A stretch of 64,000 bases of DNA, taken from contig JBQTHB010000007.1 in the NCBI GenBank assembly GCA_052390235.1, positions 64,001-128,000 on the forward strand. The letters run 5' to 3'. The translations under genes and the position numbers were made by a program. Each line of letters begins with the position of its first letter. Within the stretch, counting starts at the first letter, position 1. The notes below the pieces were generated by a model. That model did no database searches, was not told the DNA's origin, and was given only the letters and a program-made list of their open reading frames with translations. This stretch comes from Deltaproteobacteria bacterium (GTDB taxonomy: Bacteria; Desulfobacterota_D; UBA1144; Nemesobacterales; CSP1-2). This document shows, in pieces, positions 50,564-60,006 of the stretch.

Positions 50564-50866
50564 TTGGAACTTCGCAGAGTGTTTAAGATTTGTAATAGAC
50601 TTGGGCTTCACGCCAGAGCGGCGGCGGTGTTTGTGCGCCTATCGGGCCGCTTCTCGTCCGAAATAATCCTAATCAAAGACTGCTACGAAGCCAATGGAAA
50701 GAGCATCCTCGGAATCCTATCGCTTGCCGCTATCCATGGAAGCGACCTTGAGGTTATTGCAACCGGCGAGGACGCTGATAGGGCTATGGGGGAAATTGCA
50801 ACGCTCATCGAGAGCGGGTTCGGCGAAGGGGTAGTTGACGAGGACGATAGCGCGGGGGAGGGATGA
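50564..50866 (+). CDS. ptsH: Phosphocarrier protein HPr
   Basis: NRLGLHARAA (His15), ANGKSILGILSL (Ser46), GED. Confidence 0.92.
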   Translation: MELRRVFKICNRLGLHARAAAVFVRLSGRFSSEIILIKDCYEANGKSILGILSLAAIHGSDLEVIATGEDADRAMGEIATLIESGFGEGVVDEDDSAGEG

Positions 50867-50902
50867 CTGATAGATACGAAAATCGGCTTAAGAGGTAATA
50901 CA

Positions 50903-51481
50903 ATGGCTAAAACCATATTGTTTATCTTAATCGTGCTGGGGGCTTTCACGGCATTTGATTACTATCGTTCCGCGAGGATTGAGAAAGTTGACATTGACAG
51001 GGAAGAGATATCAAAACTCATTCAAAGCTCCGCCCCTAGGCTGGGGAGCAGAAAAGTAAACGACCTTGCGCGCCTCATTCACGAGGAGTGCAGTAAGTAC
51101 GATGATATTGACCCGCTTCTGGTGCTGGCGATAATACAGGTGGAGAGCAATTTCCTCAGCAGGGCGGTATCTCCGAAAGGGGCTATAGGGCTGATGCAGG
51201 TGATGCCGGAGACGAAGGACTATTTGATTAGAAAATTAGACTTTGACAAGGACGCCTTTGGGTATTCGCTCTTTGACCCGGAGTTTAACGTGCTGGTCGG
51301 GATTAGCTATTTGGGATTGCTCATTGAGCGCTTCGGCGATATTGAGATGTCCCTGATGGCATATAATTATGGGCCCAATCGCACGGCTGAGATTATGAAA
51401 TATAGATCCGATTTCCCCTCTTATGTGCGGCGGGTGCTTGAGGCGAGAGAGCAAATTAGGATTAAGTACCAAAGCCTCTAG
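50903..51481 (+). CDS. Lytic transglycosylase (SLT domain)
   Basis: AIIQVESNF, AVSPKGAIGLMQVMP, AYNYGP. Confidence 0.9.
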   Translation: MAKTILFILIVLGAFTAFDYYRSARIEKVDIDREEISKLIQSSAPRLGSRKVNDLARLIHEECSKYDDIDPLLVLAIIQVESNFLSRAVSPKGAIGLMQVMPETKDYLIRKLDFDKDAFGYSLFDPEFNVLVGISYLGLLIERFGDIEMSLMAYNYGPNRTAEIMKYRSDFPSYVRRVLEAREQIRIKYQSL

Positions 51482-51651
51482 CCGCCGCACCAATCTGCTT
51501 TTGAAGTTTCTGCCTGCGGTAGAATTCGCAGGGGGGGCTTTTCTCTGCGCCCCATATGTTTGATTCCTACATACTTGAAAATGTCAATTTATAGTATATG
51601 ATAATCATTGCTTACTACCGTTAATTTATACTTTATAGAGGGGATCATAAT

Positions 51652-52218
51652 ATGGAAGAGCTAATGACTCTTGAGGAAGCGGCAGAATATCTCAAAATTG
51701 CTAAGCCCACTCTCTACAGATTGCTCGAGGAAGGCAAAATCCCGGCATTCAAAGTTGGCAATCAGTGGAGGTTTACCAAGGAGCTGATTAATCAGTGGCT
51801 TTGGAATCAGATACCGAAGGGCAAGAGGGTGCTGGTAGTTGACGATGAAGAGATTATCTGTGATTTGATTAAAGAGGTATTGTCCATTGACGGGCATCAG
51901 TGCGTAGCCGTGCAGAGCGGCAAAGAGGCTCTGAGCTGGGTTAAAAGCTCTATATTTGACTTGGTTTTTCTAGACCTTATGATTCCCGATATGAACGGTG
52001 TTGACGTGCTGACCTCCATAAAGCAGATTAAGCCGGAGTTGCCCGTGGTCATGGTAACCGGCTATCCCGACGGCGATATTATGGATCAGGCGCTTAGGCT
52101 GGGGCCGCTGTCCGTTATAAAGAAGCCTTTCACCGATGAGCAGATACGCAGGGTGCTAAAGATAACCTCAGCGACGGCTCATGGGACTAAAGAGAAAACT
52201 CAGGCAAGATCAATATAA
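51652..52218 (+). CDS. Response regulator: excisionase-type HTH plus receiver domain
   Basis: LMTLEEAAEYL...IPAFKVGNQWRF; VLVVDDE, FLDLMIP, VTGY, KPF. Confidence 0.88.
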   Translation: MEELMTLEEAAEYLKIAKPTLYRLLEEGKIPAFKVGNQWRFTKELINQWLWNQIPKGKRVLVVDDEEIICDLIKEVLSIDGHQCVAVQSGKEALSWVKSSIFDLVFLDLMIPDMNGVDVLTSIKQIKPELPVVMVTGYPDGDIMDQALRLGPLSVIKKPFTDEQIRRVLKITSATAHGTKEKTQARSI

Positions 52219-52408
52219 TTTGGATAGAAGTAACTTTGGGAGAGACTTTCTGACTGACTTCTAATACCGCTATTGCTTTTTCTTGGCTAATACTTTGAAT
52301 AAAATGACTGCAAATGACTTTGACCGCATGAGCTAGGTGTCCGTGGGAGTATGCCGTATGGATAGGGGTAGGCAGTGTGCGAAGAGTTTATCTCATTGAG
52401 ATTATTTC

Positions 52409-52927
52409 TTACTGTCTTGTGATTGCGGTAAGTCCGAGCGCCTCTTCTTCGACTTTGATTCTGCGGCGGAGCAATATCAGATTGGCTAGGCTAAACACCG
52501 AAGCCGTAAAATAGCACGAAAATATAAGCGGCACGACGGCAATCTCGGTTATAACGGCGGCGTAATTGGGATGCCGCAGATATTTATATGGCCCTGCGGC
52601 AACGATTTTATGATTCGGGGATACCAAAACCTTTGTATTCCAATACACCCCAAGGCTCGCAATAGCCCAATAGCGAAGGGGCTGTGCGGCGGCAAAAATC
52701 AAGACCAGCGGAATCCAAAAACGGTTCAGCGCCGTATCGAATACGAGCTTTTCGGCTAGGAGAGAGATGAAGAAGGCGGTGTGCATTGCCGCTATTGCTT
52801 TATACCCAAAACTATCATACTCTACCGCTCCCTCGCCTATAACAACCCTCTCATTGCGTGAGGCGTAAATAAGCTCGGCAACCCTCTGAAGTATCAAAAA
52901 AAGAAAAAACAGCCAAAAGTAGCTCAT
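52409..52927 (-). CDS. Isoprenylcysteine carboxyl methyltransferase-family protein (BpsB/SrsB-like)
   Basis: QRVAEL, LG.YWNTKV, GPYKYLRHPNY, RIKVEEEAL; ATGA overlap with the PKS gene. Confidence 0.88.
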   Translation of the reverse strand: MSYFWLFFLFLILQRVAELIYASRNERVVIGEGAVEYDSFGYKAIAAMHTAFFISLLAEKLVFDTALNRFWIPLVLIFAAAQPLRYWAIASLGVYWNTKVLVSPNHKIVAAGPYKYLRHPNYAAVITEIAVVPLIFSCYFTASVFSLANLILLRRRIKVEEEALGLTAITRQ

Positions 52928-53988
52928 GACACCTCAAATAAAATAAACTCCGAGCTAAACCCAGGGCCCAGAGCCGAAATCAAGCCCAAATCCCCCCCTT
53001 CATACTCCCCAGAATCCAGAAACTCCCTCAAAACATAAAGCACCGTGGGCGATGACATATTCCCGCGGCGCGAAAGCACCTGCCTCGAATGCCTCATCGC
53101 CGCTAAGCGCAGCCCCAGCGACTCCTCATAGGCGGCTATAACCTTAGGGCCTCCCGGGTGAATAACGAAATGCTCAATTTGAGACATCTGCAACCCATGG
53201 AGCAATAAAAAGCCAAGAGCGGTGTCTCTGGCATATCTGCGCACAATATCGGGAATATCCCTGCTGAAAATAACCTTAAAACCATCATCGGCAATCTCCC
53301 ATCCCATCACGTCAAGCGAATTGGGATATATCGTGGAGAGGGCATCCCGAAGCAGAGCGCCGCGATTTTGGTGGAGTCTATTCTGCCCCCCCGCTACGAG
53401 AGCCGCCGCCGCCCCATCGGCAAAAAGAGCAGTCGCAACCAAATTGCTCTTAGAGATGTCGTCCTTATGAAAAGCCATACCGCAAATCTCAAGGGCTATC
53501 ACTAGGGCGGCACTCTGGGGATATGCTGAGACGTACTCAAAAGCGCGTGTAAGACCCACTGCCCCGCCCACGCAGCCAAGCCCCCAAATGGGGGTGCGCT
53601 TTATATTGGCGCGCAGTTTTAGATGATTGATAATGTGCGCATCAACGCTAGGAGTTGCGATTCCAGTGCTGGAGACAAATATCAGATGGTCAATATCGGA
53701 CAATTGCCCACCAGCAGCTTCAACGCACCTGACCGCCGCCTCGGCAGAGAACTTCACCGCGCTTTTAATATAGGATTCGTTTCTCTCTCTGAAGCCGCGC
53801 GGTTTTGCAAACCATTCAGGCGGCTCGGCAAAGTAACGTGTCGCAATACCTGAGGAATCAAAAACCCCGATAATTCTCTCTATATGGCTTGGGTAATCAG
53901 AGAAAAGAGAGCGTATAAACTCCTTTGCTTCCGACTGCGAGATTTGATACGGAATATCCGCAATGCCTACCGAGACTATTTTTGCCAT
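52924..53988 (-). CDS. Type III polyketide synthase (BpsA/SrsA-like)
   Basis: WGLGCVGG (Cys), ALFADGA, IHPGG (His), GNMSS (Asn), ALGPGF. Confidence 0.92.
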   Translation of the reverse strand: MAKIVSVGIADIPYQISQSEAKEFIRSLFSDYPSHIERIIGVFDSSGIATRYFAEPPEWFAKPRGFRERNESYIKSAVKFSAEAAVRCVEAAGGQLSDIDHLIFVSSTGIATPSVDAHIINHLKLRANIKRTPIWGLGCVGGAVGLTRAFEYVSAYPQSAALVIALEICGMAFHKDDISKSNLVATALFADGAAAALVAGGQNRLHQNRGALLRDALSTIYPNSLDVMGWEIADDGFKVIFSRDIPDIVRRYARDTALGFLLLHGLQMSQIEHFVIHPGGPKVIAAYEESLGLRLAAMRHSRQVLSRRGNMSSPTVLYVLREFLDSGEYEGGDLGLISALGPGFSSEFILFEVS

Positions 53989-54148
53989 TGATGTTGGGGT
54001 AACCGCTCCAGAGAGAGTCTATATGCTAAGCGCATGGATTGCCACAGGGATTTTCATCTGCTCGCGGTTATGATGAATTTCTGTTGTTAACGTTTCATTA
54101 TGCTGTAAAATGTATTTCCGTAATTTTAACTCAGGAGGCAAAAATCAC

Positions 54149-55618
54149 GTGGAATTCAAATTGAGCGCTGGAGACATATCAAAAACAAAATGCGCGTTGG
54201 CGGTTGTAAGCGGCTTTGAGGGAGAAGGGTTATCAGGAGCGGCAAAACAAATAGACGAGGCTATGGAAGGGGCATTGGCAGGGGTCGCTCAGGATGAGAA
54301 ATTCACTGGAGAATTCGGGAAATTCGTCGAAATTTACACGCTTGGGAAAGCCGCGCCGGAGAGGGTTTTATACATAGGTATCGGAAAAAGGGGGAGTTTA
54401 TCGGCAGACGCGCTCAGAAAAATCGGAATTACGGCGGCAAAGCGAGCCAAAGGACTTTCGGGCAGCATCGCCTTCGGCATTGAGACGGAAGGCAAAAAAG
54501 GACTCGCATCGGCCCTCATCGAGGGGATGATCCTTGGGAGCTACGATTTCGATAAATATAAAACCGGAGCGAAAAAAGACGCCGGCTTAAGAGAGATAGA
54601 GATATTCGAGGGCGCGCTCAGCGATAGAGCCTTTCAAGAGGAGCTTAAATATGCCAAAGCCATATCGGATGCCACGAACTTCGCGAGGGATTTGGTCAAC
54701 GAGCCGCCGGTCGTGGTAACCCCTACAAAACTCGCTCAGACCGCCATTGAGGTCGCCGCCGATGGCAATCTTAAGTGCGAGATATTTGACGCAAAACAGA
54801 TGCTCGAACTCGGCATGGGCGGGTTAATTGCCGTATCGCTCGGAAGCCTAGAGCCTCCTAAATTCATACACCTCACCTATGAGCCTGCGCGTAAGGCAAA
54901 AAAAACCGTTGCTGTCATAGGCAAGGGTATCACCTTTGACACCGGCGGGCTTTGCATAAAGCCCAGAGAGAGCATGAAGACGATGAAAATGGATATGGCG
55001 GGGGCGGCTTGCGTTCTGGGGGTGATGAAAGCAATATCAAAGCTCAATCCGTCTGTGAGGGTTCATGGGCTGATTTCCGCCACGGAAAATATGCCAGGCG
55101 GCAGAGCCTATAAGCCAGACGATGTGATTTACGCCCTCAATGGGAAGACAATAGAGGTCATTGACACCGACGCCGAGGGGCGAATCGTGCTTGCAGATGC
55201 CCTTTCCTACGCGGTGAGGCTTGGGGCTGAGGAGATGGTTGACCTCGCCACTCTGACCGGAGCGTGTATGGTGGCGCTGGGGAGCTACACGGCGGGGATT
55301 ATGGGAAACAGCGAGAAATTAATTGACAAAGTGCTGAAAGCCGCCAAGGGAGCGGGGGAGAAAGTATGGCAGCTCCCCATGGACGACGAACTGCGCAAGG
55401 AGATTGAGAGCGATGTGGCAGATGTGAAAAACGTGGGTAGCAGGTTCGGAGGGGCTATTACGGCGGCTATGTTCCTCGAGAAATTCGTATCGGACACCCC
55501 GTGGGCGCACCTAGACATCGCAGGGCCAGCATTTATTGAAAAGGGCGGCGAGTGGTATCCAAAGGGCGGAACGGGTTTCGGCGTGCGAACAATAGTGAAA
55601 TATCTGCTCGACTCCTAA
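54149..55618 (+). CDS. pepA: Leucyl aminopeptidase M17 (likely GTG start 54149)
   Basis: GKGITFDTGG, MKMDMAG, DTDAEGR, DLATLTGA, HLDIAG; SD AGGAGG. Confidence 0.93.
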   Translation: MEFKLSAGDISKTKCALAVVSGFEGEGLSGAAKQIDEAMEGALAGVAQDEKFTGEFGKFVEIYTLGKAAPERVLYIGIGKRGSLSADALRKIGITAAKRAKGLSGSIAFGIETEGKKGLASALIEGMILGSYDFDKYKTGAKKDAGLREIEIFEGALSDRAFQEELKYAKAISDATNFARDLVNEPPVVVTPTKLAQTAIEVAADGNLKCEIFDAKQMLELGMGGLIAVSLGSLEPPKFIHLTYEPARKAKKTVAVIGKGITFDTGGLCIKPRESMKTMKMDMAGAACVLGVMKAISKLNPSVRVHGLISATENMPGGRAYKPDDVIYALNGKTIEVIDTDAEGRIVLADALSYAVRLGAEEMVDLATLTGACMVALGSYTAGIMGNSEKLIDKVLKAAKGAGEKVWQLPMDDELRKEIESDVADVKNVGSRFGGAITAAMFLEKFVSDTPWAHLDIAGPAFIEKGGEWYPKGGTGFGVRTIVKYLLDS

Positions 55619-55753
55619 GCCTGCTACATAAATTAGCATTGACGACGATATAGCTCGCACTCTGCCGCCGCAGAGCAAACGCCCTAGATTCTCACTTGAC
55701 GCGCTTGAAAATCTCGATAAGCCCCTCTCTCTGGCAATCTAGGGAGGGGGGAA

Positions 55754-56206
55754 TTAATAGAGCTTAAACTCTCTGTCGAGAACGAGATGGCTCAGGTAGC
55801 CAATGACAACGGGAATATAGTATTCGAGTCCGCCGAAGCCCAGTTCCGGCTTCATCATAGGGAGCAGCAGCAGCGGGGAAGGCACTAAAAATGCCGCCCA
55901 TATCGTGTGAGTCCACCCTCGGTGGTTGCCCACTATCGGCAGAAGGGCAAAAAATCCGAGCAACGCCGCCTCTCTATACCGCTCTGTGGCGAGAAAAAAC
56001 CCGTCTATCAGTATAAACGCGCCGTAAAATATTTTCTGACCGAAGCTATTGGTATCCACATCGGGCCAGAGCGCCCCCAACGTACAGAGCGCGAACCATA
56101 TAACCATACTCGTCTCGGGCTGATAGGAGAAGAAAAACACCAGCGCCGCGATATAACCCGCGAAAGCCGCCGCCCCGCCTGCGATGTGTCCTTTATAGAG
56201 GCTCAT
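55754..56206 (-). CDS. Membrane metal-dependent hydrolase (YdjM-like)
   Basis: GH, PDVD, HRGWTH, GYLSHLVLD. Confidence 0.8.
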   Translation of the reverse strand: MSLYKGHIAGGAAAFAGYIAALVFFFSYQPETSMVIWFALCTLGALWPDVDTNSFGQKIFYGAFILIDGFFLATERYREAALLGFFALLPIVGNHRGWTHTIWAAFLVPSPLLLLPMMKPELGFGGLEYYIPVVIGYLSHLVLDREFKLY

Positions 56207-56238
56207 AGGAAAATATTACAGCAAAGCGCGCCCGAAAA

Positions 56239-57162
56239 CTATTCGGGAACGTAATCGAGCCATGCTGAGTATTTTTCATCCCTGCCCTTGATGATGTCGA
56301 AGAACTTTGTTTGGATTGTCTTTGTAATCTCGCCCGGCCTGCCGGAGCCTATTGCTCTGAGGTCAACCTCGCGTATAGGGGTGATTTCAGCAGCGGTGCC
56401 GGTGAAGAAGGCTTCATCCGCAATATACAGCTCGTCCCTGGTGAAACGCTCGAACACGACTCGCATCCCCTCAGACTGGGCTATTTCAACTGCCGTGTTG
56501 CGCGTGATTCCCTCCAAAATCGAGGTAAGCGGCGGGGTTTTTAGCACGCCCCCTCTGACGATAAATATATTCTCGCCGCTCCCCTCAGCAATATATCCGT
56601 CGGCGTCGAGCATTATCGCCTCATCGAAGCCCATTGCCGTAACCTCTAATTTCGCCAGAACGGAGTTGACGTAATTGCCGCAGATTTTCGCCTTAGTCAT
56701 GTGCGTATTGACGTGCATTCTGGTGTAGGACGAGATTTTGGTTCTTATCCCATTGTTCATGCCATCGTCGCCCAGATACGCGCCCCAACTCCAGACGGCT
56801 ATTGCCACCCTGACGGGGTTATTCTTCGGATGCACGCCCATGACGCCATCGCCGATAAAGGCTATGGGTCTGACGTACCCCTCCTTCATGTTATTTGCCC
56901 TCAGTGTGTCGAAAACGGCTTGTTTGAGCCTCTCTTTAGTGAAGGGGATTTTCATCTGAGCGATGTGAGCCGAGGCGAAAAGTCGGTTGATGTGGTCGTT
57001 TAGTTTAAACACTGCGGCGCGCCCATCGTGGCACTTATAAGCCCTGATTCCCTCGAATACCCCAAGCCCGTAGTGAAGCGTGTGGGTGAGAACGTGAACC
57101 TTTGCCTCGTTCCACGGCACAATTTCGCCGTCGAACCATATTTTTGAGGGATTTTCGGACAT
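56239..57162 (-). CDS. ilvE: Branched-chain amino acid aminotransferase
   Basis: [42 protein letters not shown]. Confidence 0.95.
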   Translation of the reverse strand: MSENPSKIWFDGEIVPWNEAKVHVLTHTLHYGLGVFEGIRAYKCHDGRAAVFKLNDHINRLFASAHIAQMKIPFTKERLKQAVFDTLRANNMKEGYVRPIAFIGDGVMGVHPKNNPVRVAIAVWSWGAYLGDDGMNNGIRTKISSYTRMHVNTHMTKAKICGNYVNSVLAKLEVTAMGFDEAIMLDADGYIAEGSGENIFIVRGGVLKTPPLTSILEGITRNTAVEIAQSEGMRVVFERFTRDELYIADEAFFTGTAAEITPIREVDLRAIGSGRPGEITKTIQTKFFDIIKGRDEKYSAWLDYVPE

Positions 57163-57323
57163 TTATATCTCCTGAGCGGGAAAGTTATGGTAATTTTTAG
57201 GGATAAAATATTCCTTATTTTGCGAGACCTTGTCAAGAGCTTCGAGATTTGCCCGATTCCTTGACGAGGGGATTATATTTGGAATACTATAGGTCGGGGC
57301 GCGCGCATCCAGGGGACGGTAAA

Positions 57324-57929
57324 TTGGCAGAGCAGATAGTAATAAAAAAATACAGTAATCGAAGGCTCTATGACACGGTTCATAAAAAATACGTAACCTT
57401 CGAGGAGATCTCCGCCCTCATCCGCGACGGAGCCGAGGTGAAGGTACTCGATTCCCAGACCGATGAGGACATCACAAAGCTCATCCTCATTCAGGCAATT
57501 CTCGAAAGCGAGAAAAATAAGGTTGACATCCTCCCAGCGTCGTTCCTGCATATGCTCATTAAATACGGCAACAAAGTGGCGAAGGACTTTTTCGAGAATT
57601 ACTTCCTCATGATGTTTCAGCCCTACGTCTCGATTCAGGAGAGTATGAAGCAAAACCTCAACCTGTGGCAGAATATAGGGATGCTGTCTTCGGCGCTGAA
57701 GTTTCCACAGGTGTCGCCTGTGATGAAAAACCCCTTTGAGGCGTTTCGAGGCGAAATGGAAGCCAGAGCAGAGACTGAAAAACAGTCCGAGCCGCCGCCC
57801 TCTACCCAGTTTATGGAAATCGAGTTTCTTAACCGCAGAATCAAAGAACTCGAAGACAAAATCAGCGCTATAAATCCACCGCCGCCCCGTCCGCCTAAAG
57901 CGCGATACAAATCCAAGAAGGCCGTTTAG
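57324..57929 (+). CDS. PHA synthesis regulator PhaR-like DNA-binding protein (likely TTG start 57324)
   Basis: IKKYSNRRLYDT...YVT...DSQTDEDIT...LIQ. Confidence 0.82.
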   Translation: MAEQIVIKKYSNRRLYDTVHKKYVTFEEISALIRDGAEVKVLDSQTDEDITKLILIQAILESEKNKVDILPASFLHMLIKYGNKVAKDFFENYFLMMFQPYVSIQESMKQNLNLWQNIGMLSSALKFPQVSPVMKNPFEAFRGEMEARAETEKQSEPPPSTQFMEIEFLNRRIKELEDKISAINPPPPRPPKARYKSKKAV

Positions 57930-58007
57930 GTCGCTCCCGCCCCCACCGCCACGGTCCGAAGTCTGCTATTCGCCGACAAATGGCAATAACGCCAGTATCA
58001 TGGTAAA

Positions 58008-59297
58008 TTGCTTGCTCCAATACAAATCCGAGAGAAGATAAATTTCTTGAAAAATCTACCGAACGTGCTTTTTATAAACCACTCCGTGAGGGACGGCGGG
58101 CCTGGGCGAAGCCTGTTTTATATACTCAAGTATCTGGACAGGGCTAAAGTATCCCCTTGGGTTCTCGTTCCCAAGCACGAGGTATTCAGCGAATTAATCA
58201 CTCAAGAGGGTCTCGGCGATAGAATTATAATCGAGCCAAAGTTCCCGGAGAATATCCTCCGCCCCAGATTTCCCGAGGCGTGGTTTTCCATAAAGTGGCT
58301 TGGGGGAGCGCTCAAAGCCCTCTCCGTTGCCCGAAATGTAGCCGATTTGATCCTCCTTGCCGCCCGCTCCACTTCGCTTATACGCCGCCGCGAGATAGAC
58401 ATAATTTACTGCAACGGCACTCTGGCTAAAATTCTCGGGGCGGCGCTTGGACTTATCAACAGCCGCCCCGTCATCTGGCACGTGCGAAATATCCAACAAG
58501 CGCGGGCGATGAAGTTCCTCATGCAACGCCTCGCCGCATTTGATTGCGTGAAGAAAATAATCTGCGTCTCCAACGCAACGGCGGCTCAATTCAAGACGGC
58601 AACGGATAAAATTGTCGTCATACACAACGGCGTCGAGCCGGACGACTTTAACCCCAGCAGAGCCGTGGGAAAACTCAGGGCTGAATACCGCCTCTCGCCC
58701 GATACCGTTATCGTCGGAAGCGCCGGGAGAATCGTGCGGCGAAAGGGCTACGACCTGTTCATAGAAATGGCGCGGAAGGTCGCCTCCCAGATGGGTCAGG
58801 CATCGGCGGCGCGCGTGAAGTTCGTCGTTGTCGGCGATACGCCCCATTTCTTCGGCTACAACCACCTCGACACGCTCAAAGCCGAGGTGAAGAGGCTCGG
58901 ACTTGAAAGCCATTTCATCTTCACGGGATACAGAAGGGACGTCGGCGAGTATCTCAAGGATTTCGATATTTTCGTAATCCCATCGAACTATCCCGACCCT
59001 TTCCCAAGGTCTGTGATTGAGGCGATGTCGTTTTCGCTTCCGGTTTTGGGATTTAAAGTGGGAGGGATTGTCGAAGCCGTCGCAGAGGGAGAAACGGGAT
59101 TTTTAAGCCCCCCGGGGGATGTGTCGGGCTTGGCGGCATCCGCTCTGAGGCTCATTGGGGACGAGGCTACGCGAAGGGCAATGGGGGTTCTGGGCAGGGA
59201 GCGCGTGGAAAAGCTCTTTGCCGCGAAGGATAGAACCGGGGACGTAGAGCAGATAATCATCGGAGTTGCCCGCAGATATGCCAATTCGCAAGGTTAG
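58008..59297 (+). CDS. GT4 family glycosyltransferase
   Basis: WHVR, IHNGV, GRI..RKG, FTGYR, DPFPRSVIEAM, GGIVE. Confidence 0.88.
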   Translation: MLAPIQIREKINFLKNLPNVLFINHSVRDGGPGRSLFYILKYLDRAKVSPWVLVPKHEVFSELITQEGLGDRIIIEPKFPENILRPRFPEAWFSIKWLGGALKALSVARNVADLILLAARSTSLIRRREIDIIYCNGTLAKILGAALGLINSRPVIWHVRNIQQARAMKFLMQRLAAFDCVKKIICVSNATAAQFKTATDKIVVIHNGVEPDDFNPSRAVGKLRAEYRLSPDTVIVGSAGRIVRRKGYDLFIEMARKVASQMGQASAARVKFVVVGDTPHFFGYNHLDTLKAEVKRLGLESHFIFTGYRRDVGEYLKDFDIFVIPSNYPDPFPRSVIEAMSFSLPVLGFKVGGIVEAVAEGETGFLSPPGDVSGLAASALRLIGDEATRRAMGVLGRERVEKLFAAKDRTGDVEQIIIGVARRYANSQG

Positions 59298-59299
59298 TA

Positions 59300-59944
59300 T
59301 CAGGTTGCCTCTCTTTTAAATACTGAGCACAGCGCGCGAATCACGCTCCCCTCAGCCGCCGCTCGCTCAGCCGCCCCCCGCCTTAGCTTCTCAATCGAGG
59401 TCATGCGAACCCCGCGAATTCCACACGGCACTATCATATCAAAGTACGATAAATCCGTATTCACATTTAGCGCAAATCCGTGATACGTAACCCACCGCTT
59501 CACGCCGACGCCGATAGAGGCGATTTTCTCATCCCCCACCCACACGCCCGCAAGCCCGTCCGACCTGCTCGCCTCGATGCCAAAATCCCTGAGGGCGAGG
59601 ATTATCGCCGCCTCGAGGTTTCGCAGATACAGATGAACGTCGCGCCCGAAATTATTTAAATCGAAAATGCCGTAGCCCACGAGCTGTCCGGGCCCATGAA
59701 ACGTAACGTCTCCCCCCCTGCTTACGGTCTCAAAGTGGACTCCCTCGCGGCGAAACTCATCCGGCGTCTTTTTGATATTCTCTGTCTTTCCCCCCCGCCC
59801 TGTAGTAAAAGTGGGGGGGTGTTCGAGCAGGATAAGGGCGTCTCCAACCTCGCCGTGTATCCGCTTATCGAGGAGAGATAATTGAAATTCGAGGGCCTCG
59901 CCATAGGGCACTTGCCCGAGGGAATAGATTTTAATGCAGTCCAT
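59300..59944 (-). CDS. lipB: Octanoyltransferase LipB
   Basis: LLEHPP.FT.G, RGGDVTFHGPGQLVGY, KIASIG, HGFALN, IVPCG. Confidence 0.94.
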   Translation of the reverse strand: MDCIKIYSLGQVPYGEALEFQLSLLDKRIHGEVGDALILLEHPPTFTTGRGGKTENIKKTPDEFRREGVHFETVSRGGDVTFHGPGQLVGYGIFDLNNFGRDVHLYLRNLEAAIILALRDFGIEASRSDGLAGVWVGDEKIASIGVGVKRWVTYHGFALNVNTDLSYFDMIVPCGIRGVRMTSIEKLRRGAAERAAAEGSVIRALCSVFKREAT

Positions 59945-60006
59945 TAGGGGGTGAATCGGAGCGGCTACGGGCCCGCCCCGCGCGGCCGCCCCGCGATTTT
60001 GCTATT

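Noticed and set aside
51652..52218. Excisionase of a prophage or ICE
   Set aside because: The HTH is fused to a receiver domain and there are no integrase or phage genes.
58194..58913. 239-aa antisense ORF and similar overlapping ORFs across the window
   Set aside because: They lie opposite or within well-supported genes and have no recognisable motifs.
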